A stretch of DNA of 58,672 bases, filler included, from an uncultured bacterium (lineage in GTDB: Bacteria > Hinthialibacterota > Hinthialibacteria > Hinthialibacterales > Hinthialibacteraceae): NCBI GenBank assembly GCA_964449065.1. It is 4 parts of 4 records of this genome, joined end to end, with 100 filler letters (N's around TTAATTAATTAA, not from the genome) between each part and the next. Parts side by side here need not be neighbours in the genome. Positions count along the whole stretch, not along the records: positions 14,846 to 29,569 come from CAYVAZ010000112.1; positions 29,670 to 44,156 come from CAYVAZ010000114.1; 2 more parts are not named here. One strand, 5' to 3'. The notes beneath the pieces are model-generated. The model did no database searches. It was not told the DNA's origin and saw only the letters and a program-made list of their open reading frames with translations. Positions within the stretch are counted from its first letter, which is position 1. Every line of letters begins with the position of its first letter. A program made the position numbers and the translations under genes. Of this stretch, positions 29,325 through 39,385 are shown one piece after another.

Positions 29325-29569
29325 TTATTGAATCGTTTTTATTTGTAATGCGGTCAATTCATTCTCTGCCCACTGGGCAAACGCGTTTTCCGGATAGAGA
29401 TCAACCACGGTTTGAAAATCCGTCTTGGCGGCGTCCATCAAGCCGAGGTTTTTATGGGCGTTGCCTCGCCAGTAGTACGCGGCGGCGAGTTTCTCTTCGA
29501 TCTGATAACCAAAGTGATACGCAGGATTTTGCCAGAACTCGATCACCATGGTGAAATCCGCGATGGCAT
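29325..29569 (-). CDS. C-terminus of a TPR protein (5' part missing)
   Basis: AAAYYWRGNAHKNLG..DAAKTDFQTVVDLYPEN. Confidence 0.7.
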
Positions 29570-29669
29570 NNNNNNNNNNNNNNNNNNNNNNNNNNNNNNN
29601 NNNNNNNNNNNNNTTAATTAATTAANNNNNNNNNNNNNNNNNNNNNNNNNNNNNNNNNNNNNNNNNNNN
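29570..29669. other. Artificial contig linker
   Basis: N44-TTAATTAATTAA-N44. Confidence 0.97.
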
Positions 29670-31012
29670 GCCGAAACCGGATCATTGACAATTTCCATGT
29701 GGATTTCTTTCAATTCGTTCATCATGCGTTTTGTAATAAAGGATTTCTTATCGGCAAGATTATTTGTTTCCGCCAAATCCTCTCTCAAGTTATACAGTTC
29801 TATATTCTCAAAATTCAGATCGCACAAAAGTTTCCATTCATTCTTCCGCATGGCCAGCTGCGGCCTGGATATCGCTTTGTCGTATCGCCAAAACAACGGC
29901 CGGTCCCGTTTTACTGAACGCCCTTTAAACATCCGCTTAAAGCTTGCGCCGTCAATCGCGCGGTCTTTGGGGATATCAATCCCCGCCAAATCGCAAAGAG
30001 TCGGGAACACATCGGTGCCGTTGATGGGTTCATCCGATTCGGTATTCGGATCGATCCGCCCCGGAAAGCGGATGATCCCCGGCACGCGGATACCGCCTTC
30101 ATACATTTGCAGCTTCATCCCCCGCAGCGGCCCGGGTGAACCGTGCGAAAATTGCGAGCCGCGGTAGCGGTTTAGTATTTCCGGCCCGTTATCGCTGGTG
30201 AACTGCACAAACGTGTTGTCGTGGAAACCCAACGTATCAATTGTGTTGATCAGCCGCCCGGTTTGGTAATCCATCTCGCTCACATTGCCGTAATAAGCCG
30301 CCTTGGTTTTGTCTTCCACATCACGGTACAAGTTCATGAAGGATTGGCTCGTCGCGATTGGCTCATGCGGGGTGTGAAACCACACAAACAAAGCAAACGG
30401 CCGGCTGGGCGATTGCTTTTCCAAAAACTCAATTGCCTCGTTCACGATAATCCCGCTGGAATACCCCTCCATCGGCCCCACGGCTACGCCATTGCGGTAA
30501 AAGTTGACCGGATTTTTATGTGTGGGAGAAGCATTATTCTGCGTGGCAAACCAATGGTCAAACCCATGGTCGTCCGGATTCGGCTGTCCGGTTTCCATGC
30601 CGCCGTTTAAGTGCCATTTGCCCACATGAGCCGTGATATATCCTGCCTGCTTTAACAACGTGGCAATGGATATTTCCGAATCCTTTAGGTGAACATCGGA
30701 GTCGTTCGGGATCCAATCGTGTATCCGGCAGCGGTTGGGATTGCGCCCGGTTAATACCCCCGCGCGTGCGGGAGAGCAGACCGGCTGCGCGGCATAGCAA
30801 TCGGTTAGACGCACGCCGTCACGGGCGAACTGATCCAGCATCGGCGTTTGAATGATGGGATGGCCGTAGCAGGATAAATCTCCATACCCCAAATCGTCGC
30901 ATAGGATAAACACAAAATTCGGTTTGTCTTGCGCCGCGTTTGCGGTGTGGATTGTCGATAACGCTGCCGTACCAAGCGCTGTAGCCGCTAAAAAATTTCG
31001 CCGTGTTGTCAT
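29670..31012 (-). CDS. Sulfatase (S1, Cys-type) with Tat signal, 3' end truncated
   Basis: TRRNFL Tat motif, DDLG, CSPARAGVLTG, GKWHL, SDNG, EGGIRVP. Confidence 0.92.
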
Positions 31013-31030
31013 GATGGTGTCTCCGTTCTG

Positions 31031-32428
31031 TTAGGATTTCAAAGCAGGATCGTTTACGGATTGCTGCCATTCTTTCAACCCGGCTTTGAGCCGTTTCTTG
31101 ATATCCGTATGATCCTCGGATTCTGATAAATCATTCATCTCATACGGGTCATACTGTAGATCAAACAATTCTTCTTTTCCGCTTTTTAGATGCCGGATCA
31201 ACTTGTAATGCTTATCCTTCACCATGCGGAACAAAAATCCATCCCCGCCGCTTCTGGGATCGTCATAATGGCCAAAGAGATAATTTCGCTCTTCATAATC
31301 AGCATCGTCAAACAGCATAGGCCGCAGACTTTTGGCCTGCATAGATTGCGGCGGGCTTCCTCCCGCCAGTTCAATCATGGTTGGGGCAAGATCCATCAAA
31401 TCCACCAACGCATCACTTTCGCTGTTCGGTAGAATTCCCGGCCCTTTGACAATCAGCGGAACCCGGATGCCCTCTTCATACATAGTCTGCTTTCCCAATA
31501 AACCATGAGAGCCTAACGCCAAACCGTTATCGGACGCAAAAATGATGTAGGTGTTGTCCATCCGCCCGGAACGCTTCAGCGATTCAAGAATCAACCCGAT
31601 CTGGTCATCCATGTGAGTAATCATGGCGTAGTATTTTGCAATCTCTCGTTTGAGGGCGTTGGGATCAAGCGGCCGGCGCATCAATTGTTCATCACGAATA
31701 TTCAACGTGCCGGGATCGAACGCGGGTTGGCGCATAAAATTGTTGGGCAGCGAAATGTCTTGAGCATTGTACACCGCTTCATATTCCGGAGGGGCTACCC
31801 GCGGGTCATGCGGGGCGGTAAAACCACACATCAGCATGAACGGGTCATCATCCATATCGTTGAGCAGCCGGATGGCGCCTTCGGTAAATACTTCGGTTGG
31901 ATTGCGCTTGATTTCATAGGGTGAATCATGCTGTTGGTTCGCTACCGGAATGCTGTCGTAATCGTGCATCCCTCCCAAAAAGACATGCCGCATTCGGGTG
32001 AAACCGTGATCCAACGGCCGGCCGTTGTTGTGCCACTTTCCGGTATAGGCGGTTTGATAGCCCTGGTTGGCCGTATGCTCAGCCATTCGGGGTGAATCTT
32101 CATGGATGCGGTCTCCGAAAAAAGTGACTCCGTTTTGAAAGCCATACTGTCCCGTCAGCATGGCTGCCCGGCTGGGTGAACAGATGGGATTGGAAACATG
32201 GCAGTTGGTAAAGCGCATTCCTTCCGCTGCCAAGCGGTCTATGTTGGGGGTATGTACTTGCGGATTGCCCTGGCAGCCCAACGCACGAAGGTGAAGGTCG
32301 TCTGCCAGTAAGAGCACCACATTGGGGCTGTTGTTGGCCGCGCCAGTGGTATGTCTGGCCAAAAATGGAAACGAAGCGGCGGTACCCAATGAGGCCAATG
32401 CCCGCCTGCGGTTGATGATTGAGTTCAT
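31031..32428 (-). CDS. Sulfatase (S1, Cys-type) with Tat signal
   Basis: NRRRAL, CSPSRAAMLTG, GKWH, SDNG, YEEGIRVP. Confidence 0.92.
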   Translation of the reverse strand: MNSIINRRRALASLGTAASFPFLARHTTGAANNSPNVVLLLADDLHLRALGCQGNPQVHTPNIDRLAAEGMRFTNCHVSNPICSPSRAAMLTGQYGFQNGVTFFGDRIHEDSPRMAEHTANQGYQTAYTGKWHNNGRPLDHGFTRMRHVFLGGMHDYDSIPVANQQHDSPYEIKRNPTEVFTEGAIRLLNDMDDDPFMLMCGFTAPHDPRVAPPEYEAVYNAQDISLPNNFMRQPAFDPGTLNIRDEQLMRRPLDPNALKREIAKYYAMITHMDDQIGLILESLKRSGRMDNTYIIFASDNGLALGSHGLLGKQTMYEEGIRVPLIVKGPGILPNSESDALVDLMDLAPTMIELAGGSPPQSMQAKSLRPMLFDDADYEERNYLFGHYDDPRSGGDGFLFRMVKDKHYKLIRHLKSGKEELFDLQYDPYEMNDLSESEDHTDIKKRLKAGLKEWQQSVNDPALKS

Positions 32429-32683
32429 GGATATCCGTTCCTGTGTATGTTTTGGATTTGTTTGGTTTCTACTTTTGCATAAAAGTTAGAGAACGTATAG
32501 TTGTTACGCCACTCGAATGAAAAAGGAAAAACCGTCAAGGGAAAAGAGCGTTTTTGCACCTTGTTTAGAATCAAGATTAGACCTTGCGTGGTTGTAGAGG
32601 AAGATGTATAAATCACAGGAAGATTAGGTTATTGAACGCGTCAATTGTGTTGAATGCCTTACAACCAAAGGAGAACGATACCG

Positions 32684-32995
32684 ATGACTTATATTGTTTG
32701 CGAACCCTGCGTGAAATGCAAATACGGCGACTGCGCGGAAGTGTGCCCCGTTGAATGCTTTTATGAAGGGGAAGACAGTCTCTACATCAATCCGGATGAG
32801 TGCATCGACTGCGATGCCTGTGCCCCGGTTTGCCCCGTTTCCGCGATATTCCCGGAAGATGAAGTCCCCGGCGAATGGACGGAATACGTAGAAAAAAATA
32901 TCAACTTCGAATTTTCGGAGGATTTGCGCCGCAACTCCAAAGACCAAGTCACCCACGGCCCCGATTGGGATGCCGCCACCGCGGGGGAAGCGTAG
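32684..32995 (+). CDS. FdxA-like dicluster ferredoxin
   Basis: [17 protein letters not shown] and [21 protein letters not shown]. Confidence 0.92.
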   Translation: MTYIVCEPCVKCKYGDCAEVCPVECFYEGEDSLYINPDECIDCDACAPVCPVSAIFPEDEVPGEWTEYVEKNINFEFSEDLRRNSKDQVTHGPDWDAATAGEA

Positions 32996-33030
32996 CGAAG
33001 ATAGATACATAATTATTTCAAATCTGGAAT

Positions 33031-33067
33031 AAAAAGGCCGCTATGTTTGATGTATAGCGGCCTTTTT
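33031..33067 (+). terminator. Intrinsic terminator (possibly bidirectional)
   Basis: AAAAAGGCCGCTAT...ATAGCGGCCTTTTT. Confidence 0.8.
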
Positions 33068-33261
33068 GATGTTATCATTTATGCATCATATTGGATAGAA
33101 TATCAAAGGAAGTAATCCTTCGGGGATTGCCCAGATCTGGAACCGGCTTACATTCATGGGGTGCTGCAATCAGCCGCCGAAACGGTCAGAGAATGGAAAA
33201 TCCCTTGTTTTGCGGGACATGATTTTTGCGGTTGATAATGCATGATCACCGGTTGAGATTG

Positions 33262-34371
33262 ATGAAAGCAGAAAATAAATACTCTCATATTATCTGGGAA
33301 ATAAAAAAGATTATTTCCAATTTTCGCCATCTCACTGTAAAAAGTGTAAATACACTTCAAGTAATTTCAAATTACTTGATCGGAAAACGTATAGTGGAAT
33401 TTGAGCAGGAAGGGAAAGCCCGTGCGGATTATGGTAAGGAAATCTTGAAAGAACTTTCTGTAGAATTGACTGGTGAGTTTGGTAAAGGGTATTCAAAAAG
33501 TAACCTGGAATATATGCGTAAGTTTTATCTTCTTTATTCCGAACGGATTCAAACAATTGGCCAGACACTGTCTGGGCAATTCGTTCCTCAAAAAACCCAA
33601 ATGGAGTCTGGGCAATTACAGGAACTAACGGAAATTACACAAAGACTGTCTGCGAAATTTACCCTGAGTTGGTCGCATTATGTCTTTTTAATGTCCATAA
33701 AAAACGAGAAAGAACGATTGTTTTATGAAGTGGAAGCATCGAAGGAAAATTGGTCACTGAGAGAGTTGAAAAGGCAATATAACTCCAGCCTGTATGAACG
33801 TCTGGCTCTAAGCAAGGATAACCAAGGCGTAAAAAACTTGTCTCAAGAGGGAGTGGTTATTACCAAACCGAAAGACGTGATTAAAGACCCATACGTGCTT
33901 GAATTTTTAGGATTGGATGAAAAGGCAAAATACTCGGAAACCGATTTGGAAACAGCGTTGATCGACAAATTGGAGGACTTTTTGTTAGAATTAGGGAAAG
34001 GCTTTTTGTTTGAAGCCCGGCAAAAAAGGATTACTTTTGAAGAAGATCACTTCTTCGTTGATTTGGTATTTTACAACCGGTTGCTGCGGTCTTATGTGCT
34101 GATTGATTTGAAAATTGGAGAATTAACACACGAGAATTTGGGACAAATGCAGATGTATGTGAATTATTTTGACCGGTACATGAAACTGCAAGATGAAAAT
34201 CCAACGATAGGAATAATTCTTTGCAAAAAGAAAAAGGATTCATTGGTAGAGATTACTCTGCCGGAAGACACAACTATTCATGCATCCGAATATCAATTAT
34301 ATCTCCCCTCCAAAGAAGAACTAAAAAAACAATTGGAACTGGAAGAAATGGAACTGGAAGAGAAAACATGA
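33262..34371 (+). CDS. YhcG/DUF1016 family PD-(D/E)xK nuclease
   Basis: EQEGKARADYG, LSWSHY, KDPYVLEFL, VDLVFY...IDLK, GQMQMYVNY. Confidence 0.9.
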   Translation: MKAENKYSHIIWEIKKIISNFRHLTVKSVNTLQVISNYLIGKRIVEFEQEGKARADYGKEILKELSVELTGEFGKGYSKSNLEYMRKFYLLYSERIQTIGQTLSGQFVPQKTQMESGQLQELTEITQRLSAKFTLSWSHYVFLMSIKNEKERLFYEVEASKENWSLRELKRQYNSSLYERLALSKDNQGVKNLSQEGVVITKPKDVIKDPYVLEFLGLDEKAKYSETDLETALIDKLEDFLLELGKGFLFEARQKRITFEEDHFFVDLVFYNRLLRSYVLIDLKIGELTHENLGQMQMYVNYFDRYMKLQDENPTIGIILCKKKKDSLVEITLPEDTTIHASEYQLYLPSKEELKKQLELEEMELEEKT

Positions 34372-34551
34372 AAGTTTCAAGAAAACCCGGCTGAAGCATT
34401 ATATTTTCTCCGATTACGGATACACGATCTATGGAATTATATTTAAATCTGTATTAACATGACCGACAACTCGCGTCAGCGAGGCATAAGTTGTAGTGCA
34501 AGAATCTTGCCTGCTTTGTCGTTGACTCCAAAGGAATCTTCCTAACATAAT

Positions 34552-34840
34552 CTAGTCATTCATTAACCATCAATTGATGGGTGTCGATCCCCCCTTTATA
34601 AAGGCAAAGGTTCACACAAAAATTCAGTAAAGCATTTGCTAACGATATGTTCGTTGTGGGTAGCACCGGCTTCTAGCCGGTTCGTCAACCCAAAAAACGC
34701 AAAATCACCCGGAGCCTACGGCTTCACCCCTTATGCAAGGGGGTATAACACTGAGCTAACGCTTGTGAATGACTGAAACCACCCGTTTCATGTGGAGGAT
34801 TAAGTTATTACCCATCATGTCAGCCTTGATGGACTACTAG
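34552..34840 (-). mobile_element. CTAG-bounded composite MITE with several REP hairpins
   Basis: Ends resemble the 55115-55437 units (CTAGTAGTCCATCAA ... GATCGACACCCATCAAT...ACTAG); 34698-34840 matches 37856-38001 inverted. Confidence 0.55.
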
Positions 34841-34895
34841 GGCAACACTCTAGATTAGAAGTCAATGAAACAGAGTTGAAGCGAATGAAAAAGCA

Positions 34896-36158
34896 TCAAT
34901 CCAACTCAACATCAATCCTTCCGCTAAACACCAAATCCAAATCTCCCCGTTCCATCAATGTTTCATGTAGTGTTTTGATTGTCCGGCTTACGGTGCCTTC
35001 AAACAAAGTCTTTCCCTTAAACCTTACTCTAACGGCTTCATCCATATCCACCATTTCATCATTCAATAAAATGGTAAGGGCATTGATCCCCTCAGCTTTC
35101 TGTATCTCAAACTCTTGGCCATCCCGTTCCACAACAATTTCAGAACGCTCGTTCTCATTTTCTTCATCCACAGCCAGCCAATAGAAACGGGGGTGAGTTA
35201 CATCATCCTGCTTCCAAACCACTTTTTTCGGCAATGGATTGCGGGTGAATTGTGTCATCCATTCCAAGGCAACGGCATCTTCTTTGTCCATCCAATGCCC
35301 TTTGCCTTCATGTATTTGCACATCATGAAAATATCCTTCGGGATCGTTTTGACGCAGCGCCGCCAGTTCTTCCTTCCATTTTCGCGCGACTTTGTTGCGG
35401 TCATAAGCGGCATCTTCCGCGCCCATGTGCAGGGTAAACGGCAGGTTTCGGAGACCGAGCGGTACGGTTTCGTTCGGATGCCCGGCCATCATCGCGGCGG
35501 CGGCAAACCGGTCGGCCATCCGCGGCGCCAACTGAAACACACCGTCGCCTCCGGCGGAATATCCCATCAGATACACCCGGTTTGGATTGACATCTTCAAA
35601 CACAAGCGCGGCTTGAATGATTTGATCAAACAATGCGTCGATATGGGGCAAATGCCACAAATTCCATTCATTGGTTGGCGCGCGCGGCGCAAGGTAGATT
35701 CCTTCATCCGGCTTATACAAACCGATTTGATTTTTCCATTGTTGATCATTTACCCGCGCGGGAGCGCCGCCGCCGCCGTGCATCGAAATGAAGAGGTTAC
35801 GACCACCCTTTGGCTTGCTCCCAAAGGTTTTATAATCAAACTTCATGACAAATTCGCCATGATTAAACTGTTTATCCTGCCATTCATCCATATACGTTTC
35901 ACGAATGAAGTCTTGATAGGCTTGCCACAATAACGCTGTAGCGGTTTTGGAATCCTCTTTGATTAGGGGAAAGGTGGAGAACGGTTCATCGGCAATCTCC
36001 AGCCGGGCAATTGAAGATTGGTTTAATTGGGTATTCAGTTTCTCAACCGCTGTCTTTGATTCTTCCGCTTTTCCAGGGGTGCCGGCGGCTGTACAGGACA
36101 GAATCAACGTGAACATTGTGAATGGAATCAGTCGAATCAATAGAAACATGACAAGCAT
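34896..36158 (-). CDS. Exported alpha/beta hydrolase (esterase/peptidase-like)
   Basis: MHGGG oxyanion motif, GYSAGG nucleophile, GAED, GKGHW; hydrophobic N-terminus. Confidence 0.75.
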   Translation of the reverse strand: MLVMFLLIRLIPFTMFTLILSCTAAGTPGKAEESKTAVEKLNTQLNQSSIARLEIADEPFSTFPLIKEDSKTATALLWQAYQDFIRETYMDEWQDKQFNHGEFVMKFDYKTFGSKPKGGRNLFISMHGGGGAPARVNDQQWKNQIGLYKPDEGIYLAPRAPTNEWNLWHLPHIDALFDQIIQAALVFEDVNPNRVYLMGYSAGGDGVFQLAPRMADRFAAAAMMAGHPNETVPLGLRNLPFTLHMGAEDAAYDRNKVARKWKEELAALRQNDPEGYFHDVQIHEGKGHWMDKEDAVALEWMTQFTRNPLPKKVVWKQDDVTHPRFYWLAVDEENENERSEIVVERDGQEFEIQKAEGINALTILLNDEMVDMDEAVRVRFKGKTLFEGTVSRTIKTLHETLMERGDLDLVFSGRIDVELD

Positions 36159-36278
36159 CCTTTCAGAAAAACGAAACGGTTCGGCGGATAGAAAATGAAC
36201 ATTCTATCTTTACTTTCCCAAAACCGCAGTAAAATAAAGCCGCGATTTGAAAAAGGACAAAGGGTATAAGATTTTCGT

Positions 36279-37826
36279 ATGAATGAAAGCAACACATCTC
36301 CAAAACGAAACCGCCGCAGACGCGGTTCTGCAAGTTCCAACAAACCGGCCAACATCAAGAGCCGGTTTTCCCGGTCCAATCCATCCCCAACCGGTAAAGA
36401 GGAAAATAAACCGGAAAAGCCATCTTCGCAATCACAATCCCGTAGAAAATCGATTGAAGATACCCTCAATAAACCGGAAAAACAAATCACCAAACCCAAG
36501 CAAGAATCCAAACCAAAAGGCCGGTCTCCATCCCCTGCCAAACCGCCCATGAATCAACGCATGTTTTTCGCCACCGAAGCCAATTATTCTCTGGCGACTA
36601 TTGTAGAAGAAAAGCGCATGACCGATTTTTGGATTCACGAAGAATCGCAATTTGATTACGGGCATTCCGGCAATATTTACCGCGGTGTTGTTGTGAATGT
36701 GGTGCCCGCTTTAAACGCGGCATTCGTCGATTTGGGAATCGAAAAACACGGTTTTTTGCCCTATGACGATTACATGATTATCCAAGATAAGGTCAATGAA
36801 AACCGCAAAGGCAAAAAGCGAAAAGGAAAACGGGTTGAACAGAACCTGAAAGCGGGAGACGTCGTCTTGGTGCAAATCGCCAAAGAAGCCATCGAAGACA
36901 AAGGCCCCATGCTCACCGGCAAAATCTCGATGCCGGGGCGTTTTTTGGTCTACATGCCCTACACCGACGCGGTCCGCATGTCGCGGCAACTCAGCCAGAC
37001 CGAAAAAAAGCGCTTCCGCACGTTGGTCGAAAAGAAGATAGAATCCGGTGGCGGATTAATTTTCCGAACCGCGTCCAAAGGACGGTCATTGGATGAATTG
37101 GAATTTGATCTGGAATACCTGCGGCGCGGCTGGAAGCGCATTAATCACGAATACGACGAGGGCATCGGCCCCAAACTGCTTTACAAAGAACTCGAATTCT
37201 TTGAACGGGTCTTGCGCGATAACTTTAACGAATCCATCAAGGAGATCGTCATCGATCATCCCCGGCTCAAATACCGGGTTGCACAATTTTTAAAAGTGAT
37301 CGCCCCAAAAGTGGATACCGACCGGTTGATCAAATTTCATACCCGCAAGGATCAATCCATTTGGAAGTCGTACGATTTACTGCCGGATATTGAACGCCTC
37401 TTCAGCAAAAACATCCAAATGGATGGCGGCGGCCGTCTCATCATTGAAGAAATGGAAACCTTAACCGCCATCGATGTCAATTCCGGCAAAAATGTTTCGG
37501 GCAAATCGTTGGATGCCACGATTTTAGAAACCAACCTAGAGGCCGCGCGGGAAATTCCCCGCCAATTGCGTTTGCGTCAAATCGGGGGCATCATTATCAT
37601 CGACTTCATCGATATGCGCCTCAAACGCGACCGCGAAAAGGTGTTCAAAACGCTGGAAAGCGAATTCGCGCGCGACCGCACCCCCAGCGATATTCAAGAA
37701 TTCACGGAATTGGAAATTGTACAAATCACCCGGCAGCGGGTTGGGGAAAGTTTAAACAAGCGCATGACCTACACCTGCCCAACCTGCAAAGGCAGCGGCA
37801 GACGACCGACTATATCGTTTGAGTGA
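36279..37826 (+). CDS. Ribonuclease E/G family
   Basis: S1 domain GNIYRG..AAFVD, TAIDVNSG, QLRLRQIGGIIIIDFIDM, CPTCKGSG; basic low-complexity N-terminus. Confidence 0.93.
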   Translation: MNESNTSPKRNRRRRGSASSNKPANIKSRFSRSNPSPTGKEENKPEKPSSQSQSRRKSIEDTLNKPEKQITKPKQESKPKGRSPSPAKPPMNQRMFFATEANYSLATIVEEKRMTDFWIHEESQFDYGHSGNIYRGVVVNVVPALNAAFVDLGIEKHGFLPYDDYMIIQDKVNENRKGKKRKGKRVEQNLKAGDVVLVQIAKEAIEDKGPMLTGKISMPGRFLVYMPYTDAVRMSRQLSQTEKKRFRTLVEKKIESGGGLIFRTASKGRSLDELEFDLEYLRRGWKRINHEYDEGIGPKLLYKELEFFERVLRDNFNESIKEIVIDHPRLKYRVAQFLKVIAPKVDTDRLIKFHTRKDQSIWKSYDLLPDIERLFSKNIQMDGGGRLIIEEMETLTAIDVNSGKNVSGKSLDATILETNLEAAREIPRQLRLRQIGGIIIIDFIDMRLKRDREKVFKTLESEFARDRTPSDIQEFTELEIVQITRQRVGESLNKRMTYTCPTCKGSGRRPTISFE

Positions 37827-37855
37827 TTATTTCTTGACTTCGCACTTGCAACACC

Positions 37856-38070
37856 CTGGTAGTTCATCAAGGATGATATGATGGGTGATAACTTATAACC
37901 ATCCACAAAAAATGAGTGGGATCAGTTATTCACAAGCGAAGCGCAGTGCCACAACCCCCTTGCATAAGGGGGTGGAGCCGTAGGCTCCGGGGGATTTTGC
38001 GTCGTTGGAAGCGTGCTTCGATCCCCCCCTACCCCCTCCTAGCCTTCCCCATTGCATTGGGGGAGGAATG
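37856..38070. repeat. MITE/REP repeat between convergent genes
   Basis: About 145 bp shared with 34698-34840 plus further palindromes. Confidence 0.6.
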
Positions 38071-38168
38071 AGAAAATCTGTTCGATTTTTTGAATATGCA
38101 CTTCATATCGCTGACCTGTTACGATTTCTGCTTGTAGACAATAAAAAATGTTCGGTGTGTTCGGTTAT

Positions 38169-38729
38169 TCACGTCTTCGCGTTGGCATAGTTCATTGCTT
38201 TGTCGAATCCCTGCTCCAACAGGATTTCAACCGTTTCACAAGCGATGATTAACGCTTCATCAATTTGCTCACGCTCGTGCTTTTTAAACGGTTTGAGGAC
38301 AAAATCCAGCCAATTTTTTTGGGAGCCTTCAATGCCAATCCGCAACCGGGGGATTTCCTGCGTGCCTGCCGCGCCCAGGACTGATTGCAAACCGTTATGC
38401 CCACCCGCGCTGCCTTTTTTTCGTAAACGAAGTTGGGCGAGCGGCAGGTGCAGCTCATCATAAATGATTACAGATTTATGTGGATCAAATTCCGGGTCTT
38501 GCATGAGACGGCTGTAGGCTATACCAGAGCGGTTCATAAAGGTGAGAGGTTTGACCAGCAAGACCGGCTCGTTATTATAATCTCCCGAGCCGAATAAAAA
38601 ACGCTGGCTGTTGTGAGACACATCAATCCCCCACCGCTTCGCCAGCGTGTCGATAAAGTCAAATCCAACATTATGGCGGGTGCCTTCATACTCGGCGCCC
38701 GGGTTGCCCAATCCAATAAAGCTCCACAC
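38169..38729 (-). CDS. pth: Peptidyl-tRNA hydrolase
   Basis: GLGNPG..Y..TRHNVGF, KPLTFMNRSG, GGHNGL. Confidence 0.96.
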   Translation of the reverse strand: MWSFIGLGNPGAEYEGTRHNVGFDFIDTLAKRWGIDVSHNSQRFLFGSGDYNNEPVLLVKPLTFMNRSGIAYSRLMQDPEFDPHKSVIIYDELHLPLAQLRLRKKGSAGGHNGLQSVLGAAGTQEIPRLRIGIEGSQKNWLDFVLKPFKKHEREQIDEALIIACETVEILLEQGFDKAMNYANAKT

Positions 38730-38735
38730 GGTATC

Positions 38736-39383
38736 TTATTTGGTCTCTTCCACTTCTTCCGCTTGTTTTTCCAGCGCTTCTTTCGTCGCCGCTTCCCGCT
38801 CTTCTTCTTGTTCCTGCGTAATTGGAGCGGTCACAACCGCTACGGTGTAATCTCCCGGAGTGAGGACTTCATATTTTTCATTTTTTTGTAAATCGCTCAC
38901 ATGAACCGAATCGCCGATTCCCAAATCCGACACTTCAATCGGGATATAATCGGGTATATTCAACGGGAGGCATTCGATTTCCAGTTCGTGCATAACCAAT
39001 TCAAAGAGCCCGCCCTCGCGAACCCCTTTCGCCGAACCTTCCGGATGAACCGGTACCGATGTGCGAATGGCCACATCCACAGAAACCCGCTGAAAATCCA
39101 CATGATCAATATCACCGGTCAGTGGATCATGCTGGGCATCGCGCACCAGGGTTAAGACTTCGCGGTCTTCATCCACAAACTTGGCGTTAATCAAAATGTT
39201 TTCGCTTTCACCGGCTTCCCGGTGCAAGGTTTTGGTTAATATTTTTCCATTCACGCGAACCGGCAGCGGCTCGTCCGTTCCGCCATAAATGATCCCAGGG
39301 ATCAATCCTTCGCGCCGAACCGCGCGCGCGCCGCCTTTTCCGGTGCGTACCCGGCGTTCGACTTCAACATCTACTCGTCTCAT
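38736..39383 (-). CDS. rplY: 50S ribosomal protein L25/Ctc
   Basis: GKGGARAVRREGLIPGIIYG, HVDF, GVREGG; ATG 39383 after GGAGG. Confidence 0.94.
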   Translation of the reverse strand: MRRVDVEVERRVRTGKGGARAVRREGLIPGIIYGGTDEPLPVRVNGKILTKTLHREAGESENILINAKFVDEDREVLTLVRDAQHDPLTGDIDHVDFQRVSVDVAIRTSVPVHPEGSAKGVREGGLFELVMHELEIECLPLNIPDYIPIEVSDLGIGDSVHVSDLQKNEKYEVLTPGDYTVAVVTAPITQEQEEEREAATKEALEKQAEEVEETK

Positions 39384-39385
39384 GA

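Noticed and set aside
35115..35933. 272-aa plus-strand ORF, and similar ORFs at 42737-43522 and 45356-46054
   Set aside because: Antisense shadows of well-supported genes with no motifs of their own.
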